Below the pieces are notes generated by a model. That model was not told the DNA's origin. It ran no database searches and worked only from the letters and a program-made list of their open reading frames with translations. A stretch of DNA of 64,000 nucleotides from Bacteriovoracia bacterium (GTDB taxonomy: Bacteria; Bdellovibrionota; UBA1018; CAIPTA01). The stretch spans positions 320,001-384,000 of the forward strand of contig JBFWVL010000002.1 of NCBI GenBank assembly GCA_050246755.1, given 5' to 3'. This document shows, piece after piece, positions 59,105 through 64,000 of the stretch (positions are counted from its first letter, which is position 1; every line of letters begins with the position of its first letter). The position numbers were made by a program, and so were the translations under genes.

Positions 59105-59806
59105 ATGAACCATAAGCCACTCTTAACTGCCGTAGTCTTTTTCCTAGCCGCTCAAGCCCAAGCCGCAAATGTGCCTAAGTACCTCGGGGAAATCCCTTCT
59201 AGCTATTGCGCTCCAGTGAGTAAAATAGACACAAACATCAAAAGCTGCGACGACAATAAGCTCTTCGTGCGGGTGGCGCAGAAATGCTTTGACGACTTCA
59301 AAAGCCTTCGTAAATCTACTGCAAATGACCTTGCGGGCCGCTTCGCCAAGGGCGACCAAGATAAGCAGCGCAAAGACTTTGCCGACCATGCCGCGAATAA
59401 CCAGGAAGCAATCGCCGCCCACAAATACCTAATTAGCTTGGGCGAGCTGGCCGTGAGTGAACTCGACGGCTATTTTGACTATATGGAACATCCGGAAGAC
59501 GCTGAAAACGACGATGAGATTCTCTCTGAGCCATGTTTCATCGAAAATGCTACCGCCCTAGAAAACATAGTGAACGATTTTGAAGACGAAGTAGACACGA
59601 TGAAAGAGGCGAAAGAGATTGAAAAGGTACATAGCGCGATCTCCAGCCAAAATAAGCAGCAAATCGATGCTTCGAGCACCAATTTAAAAATCAAATCCAC
59701 CACTGGCAAAGGTAGCGGCACCATCAAAGCCGGTACCACGGGAAACCGCGAGTCCGACGTGAGCGGCGTGGAAGAATCCAAAAAAAAGAACGAGCAGAAA
59801 AAATAG
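59105..59806 (+). CDS. Module 3 partner: secreted 4-Cys helical protein (NRESDVSG family)
   Basis: Signal peptide ending AQA; C-x12-C-x12-C, HPED, PCF and GNRESDVSG. Confidence 0.75.
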   Translation: MNHKPLLTAVVFFLAAQAQAANVPKYLGEIPSSYCAPVSKIDTNIKSCDDNKLFVRVAQKCFDDFKSLRKSTANDLAGRFAKGDQDKQRKDFADHAANNQEAIAAHKYLISLGELAVSELDGYFDYMEHPEDAENDDEILSEPCFIENATALENIVNDFEDEVDTMKEAKEIEKVHSAISSQNKQQIDASSTNLKIKSTTGKGSGTIKAGTTGNRESDVSGVEESKKKNEQKK

Positions 59807-59807
59807 C

Positions 59808-60173
59808 TCAGTTCGAGAATCGCGCTACGGCATCTAGGATCACATCGATGTCCACGGGTTTGCGCAGGAGCAGCTTCGCCGCCGTACGGCGCTGCTTGTC
59901 TTCCACGTGACCATCGGCCGTCATCACGATCACCGGCACGTCTGCAATACGCGGATCTTTTAGCTGGGCTTCGCGAAATTGAAACCCATCCATGATCGGC
60001 ATCATCAAATCTAAAACGATGAGAGACGGAAGGGGCTTACCCGAACGCAAAAAATCAATCCCCACCTGCCCATTCTGGGCAAGCTCCACCGCGTAACCTT
60101 CCGACTCCAAAAGTAGCTGGAGGTTATTTCGGATGTCTTCGTCATCCTCGACGATTAAAATTGTTTTCGCCAT
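59808..60173 (-). CDS. Single-domain response regulator (CheY-like)
   Basis: ILIVEDD, LDLMMP.MDG, MTA and KP motifs. Confidence 0.93.
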   Translation of the reverse strand: MAKTILIVEDDEDIRNNLQLLLESEGYAVELAQNGQVGIDFLRSGKPLPSLIVLDLMMPIMDGFQFREAQLKDPRIADVPVIVMTADGHVEDKQRRTAAKLLLRKPVDIDVILDAVARFSN

Positions 60174-60578
60174 AAGTTGTTCTTTGTAAGCCAAATTTTC
60201 CTTTTTTGTCACTGGCTGTCAAACGATAACTGAAGGCTTTAGTACGGTTAACGCCCTACCTAGGAAATTTGCCTACTTGAGCAGATTTTAACGTCCAGCT
60301 GCGGCATATTGCCAGCGATTATTTGTGCCAAGAAACGACAATGGCTATCACGATCAAGGGCTCCTCGGAAGCGCCTAAGAGCGCCCCCCTAACTCTTTTG
60401 GTTATCGGTCACGGCAAAGGTAACAAGCCAAAGAGATCTATTTGTGCCCCAACCCTCATCGTTAAAAATTAAAGCGAAGTTACTACAAAAAACTAAACCG
60501 AGGGCGGGCATTGCTCTCCTTACGAAGATGAAATCCCGGAGCGACGAGCGGCCAAAGATCGGATAAGATCTCCGGCGA

Positions 60579-61271
60579 ATGCCCGAAGAAAAAGCCAGTT
60601 CGGCGAGCCTCCTTGCTCCTTCTTTCGAGAAGGGATACTGGCGCTCGGCCGAACGGATCCGCTACCGCGACCATGCCGGGTTCTCGAAAAAGAAAAAGCA
60701 CTTCGAGCCCGAAGGCCATAATGCCTTCGCCGCGCGCTGGGCGGGGGAGCTCACGCGGGATGAACATATCGCCGAAATTAAGCAAATCTACGAAAACGCG
60801 GTGGTCATTTTAGGAAATAAGCGGTCGCAGATGGAGCGCAGCGACCAAAGCCTGGATTGCCGCCAGTTCCGTTTCACGATCGATGCTGCACAAGACCCGC
60901 AGGATGCCACGAGCATCCTGGTGACCCGCAGCCTCACGGTAAAAGTTCCGCTTAATACCCTGGGCGCCCACTTCGATGAAATCTTCCCCTATAAACCGGT
61001 GGAGCTGGTAGTGCCTTTCACCGGCGGCACCGATTCCCGGCAGATGCTCGAAATTTTAGAAGAATGGGAAAGTAGGCTAGAAGGCCGTATTGAAGAAGGC
61101 CTGGACCAATCAATGCTAAAGCTTCACCTGAAGTCGGGATTCACGATGGCCGTAGACTTAAATTCCCACGAGGCCATTTTTTCCAAAGCATCGGTAGAAG
61201 GAGTTTCGGCGCTGGCGGGAGCGGTAGCGCAGGATTTAAAGAACATGGGTATCACGAAGAAATTGGAATGA
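60579..61271 (+). CDS. Hypothetical protein
   Basis: 230-aa ORF directly upstream of the DoxX gene; no motif recognised. Confidence 0.6.
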   Translation: MPEEKASSASLLAPSFEKGYWRSAERIRYRDHAGFSKKKKHFEPEGHNAFAARWAGELTRDEHIAEIKQIYENAVVILGNKRSQMERSDQSLDCRQFRFTIDAAQDPQDATSILVTRSLTVKVPLNTLGAHFDEIFPYKPVELVVPFTGGTDSRQMLEILEEWESRLEGRIEEGLDQSMLKLHLKSGFTMAVDLNSHEAIFSKASVEGVSALAGAVAQDLKNMGITKKLE

Positions 61272-61275
61272 AGCT

Positions 61276-61647
61276 ATGCTGAAACGAATCGCGCTCTACG
61301 CAATGGCTCTTTTTTATGTTGTGGCAGGCATGAATCACTTTCGCGACACGGGCCTCTACTTAAGAATGATGCCGCCCTGGATTCCGGCGCACGAGCGGAT
61401 GGTCCAGCTGAGCGGTATCGCGGAGGTATTGCTGGGCTTGGGCCTGCTGTTTCGGAAAACTAGGCCCTTCGCCGCGTGGGGCGTAATCGCGCTATTGATT
61501 GCGGTATTTCCCGCAAATGTCTACATGTACGCGAACCGAGACGCTTTGTTTGCCGAAATTCCGGCCATGGCGTTGCTGATCCGCTTGCCGGCTCAGGGCC
61601 TGTTGATTTGGTGGGCTTACCTTTACACGAAACGCGGTCCGGTTTAG
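61276..61647 (+). CDS. DoxX-family membrane protein
   Basis: AG.NHF, MMPPWIP, SG.AE, AVFPAN and RLP.Q motifs. Confidence 0.85.
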   Translation: MLKRIALYAMALFYVVAGMNHFRDTGLYLRMMPPWIPAHERMVQLSGIAEVLLGLGLLFRKTRPFAAWGVIALLIAVFPANVYMYANRDALFAEIPAMALLIRLPAQGLLIWWAYLYTKRGPV

Positions 61648-62288
61648 CGGGAAATAAACCAGTCTACGAGCCGCATGTGAAATGGGTTGGCGCCACCGGG
61701 ATTGAATTCCTTGCGGTACAAAATTCCGCGCAATTGAGGCTCATCAAAAAAATAGAACCCGGTGATCTGATCCCCGGGAAGGCGCTTTTGCTGAAATAAC
61801 GTGTTCGCGCCGAATTCCGTTTCTTCGGTCACGAAGATGGTTTGATAGGGACTCGGCGGCCCGTGGCGCTCTAAAGGGTTGCAGTTGAACTTCTCTTCGA
61901 AAGCCAGCGCGGGCGTAAGCACGGGGCGCGAAGCAAACGACCCACCGGGTAGGGCGGGGTAGAGGTCTATCAAAAAATTCATTTTTTGGCGGGAATCCCG
62001 GTGAGCCGCCAAGCATTTACGGTAATCCACCACGAATTTATGCGTAGGGTGGAATGCCGTTTCTCCGCGTTGATCCAGGCGCGTGCTCATCAGGATAGTC
62101 ACCATGAAATCTTTTCGCACCAGCACTTCATACTTTTCGGTGGAATAGGCCTGTCCTTTTTGGGACTCATCGAAATAGCGCCAAGTGAACGAGCTGCCGG
62201 GCGCGAGCTGATCGAGAGAGATAATGGGCATGGCCGCTGGAACCGAAGCCGCGCAGAAGAAAGAAAAAATAAGATGGAGGAGAGGCAT
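61644..62288 (-). CDS. Secreted hypothetical protein
   Basis: Signal-like N-terminus; aromatic-rich; FEEKFNC. Confidence 0.55.
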   Translation of the reverse strand: MPLLHLIFSFFCAASVPAAMPIISLDQLAPGSSFTWRYFDESQKGQAYSTEKYEVLVRKDFMVTILMSTRLDQRGETAFHPTHKFVVDYRKCLAAHRDSRQKMNFLIDLYPALPGGSFASRPVLTPALAFEEKFNCNPLERHGPPSPYQTIFVTEETEFGANTLFQQKRLPGDQITGFYFFDEPQLRGILYRKEFNPGGANPFHMRLVDWFISR

Positions 62289-62362
62289 TTATGCTCGCTT
62301 TCTGGGGGCCTAGAACGGGGTAATACCTTGGGAAAAAATACGTGTCATGCTATTTCGGTGAT

Positions 62363-63928
62363 ATGAACAATGCCTTTATTCTTCTCGTTTTTAGCTTAGT
62401 ATCCGGCCCGGCCTGGGCGATGGAAAAAAATCTCGTTCCCACCACCCAAGGGCTGGTGCGTGGCCAGGAATCAAACGGAGTCTTTTCCTTCAAAGGCATT
62501 CCGTTTGCCCAGCCCCCGGTGGGCGATTTGCGCTGGCGGGAATCCTTGCCCGCCAAGCAATGGGTGGGCGTTAGGGACGCGAGCGATTACGGCGCGCCTT
62601 GCATGCAAACCGAAAACTTCAATGCCGACGGAAAGGTGATCGGCAGCGAGGATTGCCTCACGCTGAATATTTGGCAGCCAAAGGATTCGGCCAAGCCCTT
62701 ACCCGTGATGGTATTCATCTATGGCGGAGCCTTCTCCTGGGGTTCTAGCCGCGGAAGAATGGGGGGAGTGGATATTTACGATGGCACGTATCTCTCCAGC
62801 CATGGCCCGGCCGTGGTGGTGACCTTCAATTACCGCGTGGGCGCCTTCGGCTTCCTCGCGCACCCCTCGCTACGCACCGATGGCACTTCCGGAAACTATG
62901 GCCTTAGCGATCAAATCTTGGCGCTGGAGTGGGTGCAGAAAAATATCGCGAATTTCGGCGGCGATCCCGCCCGCGTGATGATTTTCGGCGAATCTGCCGG
63001 TGCGTTCAGCGTGCTCGGCCTGCTCACCTCCCCGGCGGCCAAGGGACTCTTTTCTCGCGCACTTCTGCAAAGTGGTTCCGATATTCGCGATACGGCGGAG
63101 AGGGCGGAAAAAGTGGGCGTGGATTTTGCGGCCGCCGCGGGCTGCGAAGGCGAAGGTCAAGCGAAGTGCTTGCGTGCGCTGGATCAGGCCGAGGTTATGC
63201 GCATCACAAAATCTTTCCTGCACGGGCAGGGTGCGAAGCTGATTTTTTCCCCTCACGTAGACGGGAAAATTATTCCCGATTTTCCGCTACGGGCCTTACG
63301 GGATGGTAAATACAACCGCGTTCCGGTGGTGGTGGGCGCGAACGCCGACGAGATGACCATTCTCGGGCTGCCGATCATCAGCCAGAAGCCCATTTTCCTG
63401 CGTAAAGACTACGAGTCCGTGGTGAGGCAAGAGTTCGGTGAAGAACTGGGCAATAAAGTGATTGAGCAGTATGGGAAACCCGTGGACAGAACTTCCTACG
63501 GCCTCTTGCAGGATGTATTCGCCGACAATATCTTCCATTGCCCCGCCCAACAGATCGCCGAGGTGATTTCCCGCGATCAGCCGGGGCAGGCTTGGCGCTA
63601 TGTATTCTCGCACTCTTATCACCTCGACATCTGGAAAATTCTAGGCGCTGGCCACGGGCTCGAACTCTCCTATGTTTTTCATAATTTCGCTCCCTGGTAC
63701 GTGCCGTTCCGTGCGCCCAACCAAAAAGAGCTCGAGCTCTCGGAACGAATGGTAGGGTATTGGACTCGCTTCGCCGCGAACGGAAATCCCAATGCGGATG
63801 GAGAATTTGGCTGGAGATCTTACTCCGCGGATACGGCTAATTACCTCGATTTAGAATTGCCGCTTTCGGAAAAGTCTGGCTACCGTGCCGAAGCCTGTGC
63901 ATTTTGGCAAAACGTGAGCGGCCAGTAG
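62363..63928 (+). CDS. Secreted type-B carboxylesterase/lipase
   Basis: FKGIPFAQPPVGDLRW, SEDCL.LNIW, FGESAG, GAGHGLEL and FA.NGNPN motifs. Confidence 0.95.
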   Translation: MNNAFILLVFSLVSGPAWAMEKNLVPTTQGLVRGQESNGVFSFKGIPFAQPPVGDLRWRESLPAKQWVGVRDASDYGAPCMQTENFNADGKVIGSEDCLTLNIWQPKDSAKPLPVMVFIYGGAFSWGSSRGRMGGVDIYDGTYLSSHGPAVVVTFNYRVGAFGFLAHPSLRTDGTSGNYGLSDQILALEWVQKNIANFGGDPARVMIFGESAGAFSVLGLLTSPAAKGLFSRALLQSGSDIRDTAERAEKVGVDFAAAAGCEGEGQAKCLRALDQAEVMRITKSFLHGQGAKLIFSPHVDGKIIPDFPLRALRDGKYNRVPVVVGANADEMTILGLPIISQKPIFLRKDYESVVRQEFGEELGNKVIEQYGKPVDRTSYGLLQDVFADNIFHCPAQQIAEVISRDQPGQAWRYVFSHSYHLDIWKILGAGHGLELSYVFHNFAPWYVPFRAPNQKELELSERMVGYWTRFAANGNPNADGEFGWRSYSADTANYLDLELPLSEKSGYRAEACAFWQNVSGQ

Positions 63929-63931
63929 GAG

Positions 63932-64000
63932 CTAGGCCGCTTTTTCTTCGCGAGAAGATGCGTATTTTTTCGGCAGGGTGAGCACGAAGGCAGTATTCGG
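63932..64000 (-). CDS. 3' end of a probable histidine kinase (partial)
   Basis: Translates as PNTAFVLTLPKK...AA*, resembling the HATPase tail of 33090..34511 ([12 protein letters not shown]). Confidence 0.5.
   Translation of the reverse strand, partial: PNTAFVLTLPKKYASSREEKAA

Noticed and set aside
44716-59806. Mutasome acting as a dedicated diversifier of the interleaved peptidase modules
   Set aside because: Only proximity supports it. The genes are on opposite strands with different promoter types, and there are no template/variable repeats or reverse transcriptase.
60213-60578. Riboswitch/ncRNA, sigma54 promoter or small ORF in a long intergenic region
   Set aside because: GGCAAA is present but the c-di-GMP-I architecture is not. 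TGGCAC is followed by GG-N11-GC (wrong spacing for sigma54). The 43-codon ORF has no RBS. The TATTTGTGCC duplicate (60320, 60439) alone is too weak.
1-64000. CRISPR array, cas genes, rRNA, IS/transposase or integrase
   Set aside because: No regularly spaced repeats and no ORF with such motifs were seen; almost all sequence is explained by other CDSs.

Overview
Chromosomal window from a bacterium that looks like a member of the Bdellovibrionota. This is inferred from the TIGR02147/DUF4423 regulator, the 'GGGG-xVVC' secreted protein, the many Cys-rich secreted orphans and the sigma28-like promoters. Housekeeping genes include gpmA, rocD, miaA, mutL, rsmI, accD, lptD, surE, mgsA and tRNA-Arg(CCT). 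The window also carries a cyclic-nucleotide cassette (CHASE2 adenylate cyclase, GAF-HD-GYP, class II PDE), a surface-glycan cluster and two SOS loci. Most notable is a two-gene module repeated three times (48296-49698, 55596-56792, 58631-59806). Each copy pairs a small, secreted, disulfide-rich M15/LAS-type zinc peptidase with a secreted partner of an unrecognised family (C-x12-C-x12-C ... NR[DE]SDV[ST]G). A MurQ-like gene sits between copies 2 and 3. The module is a candidate peptidoglycan-hydrolase/self-protection (or chaperone) system. Other highlights: a candidate LexA box GTAC-N7-GTAC in both SOS promoters; a lexA operon encoding only an ImuA-like protein and a stand-alone ImuB C-terminal domain; a ~1170-aa Cys-hairpin repeat protein with a probable CTG start; a catalytically degenerate P1B-ATPase; and an orphan terminase-small-subunit-like protein. 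No CRISPR array, rRNA or integrase was seen. All family calls are by-eye motif recognition, not database searches.
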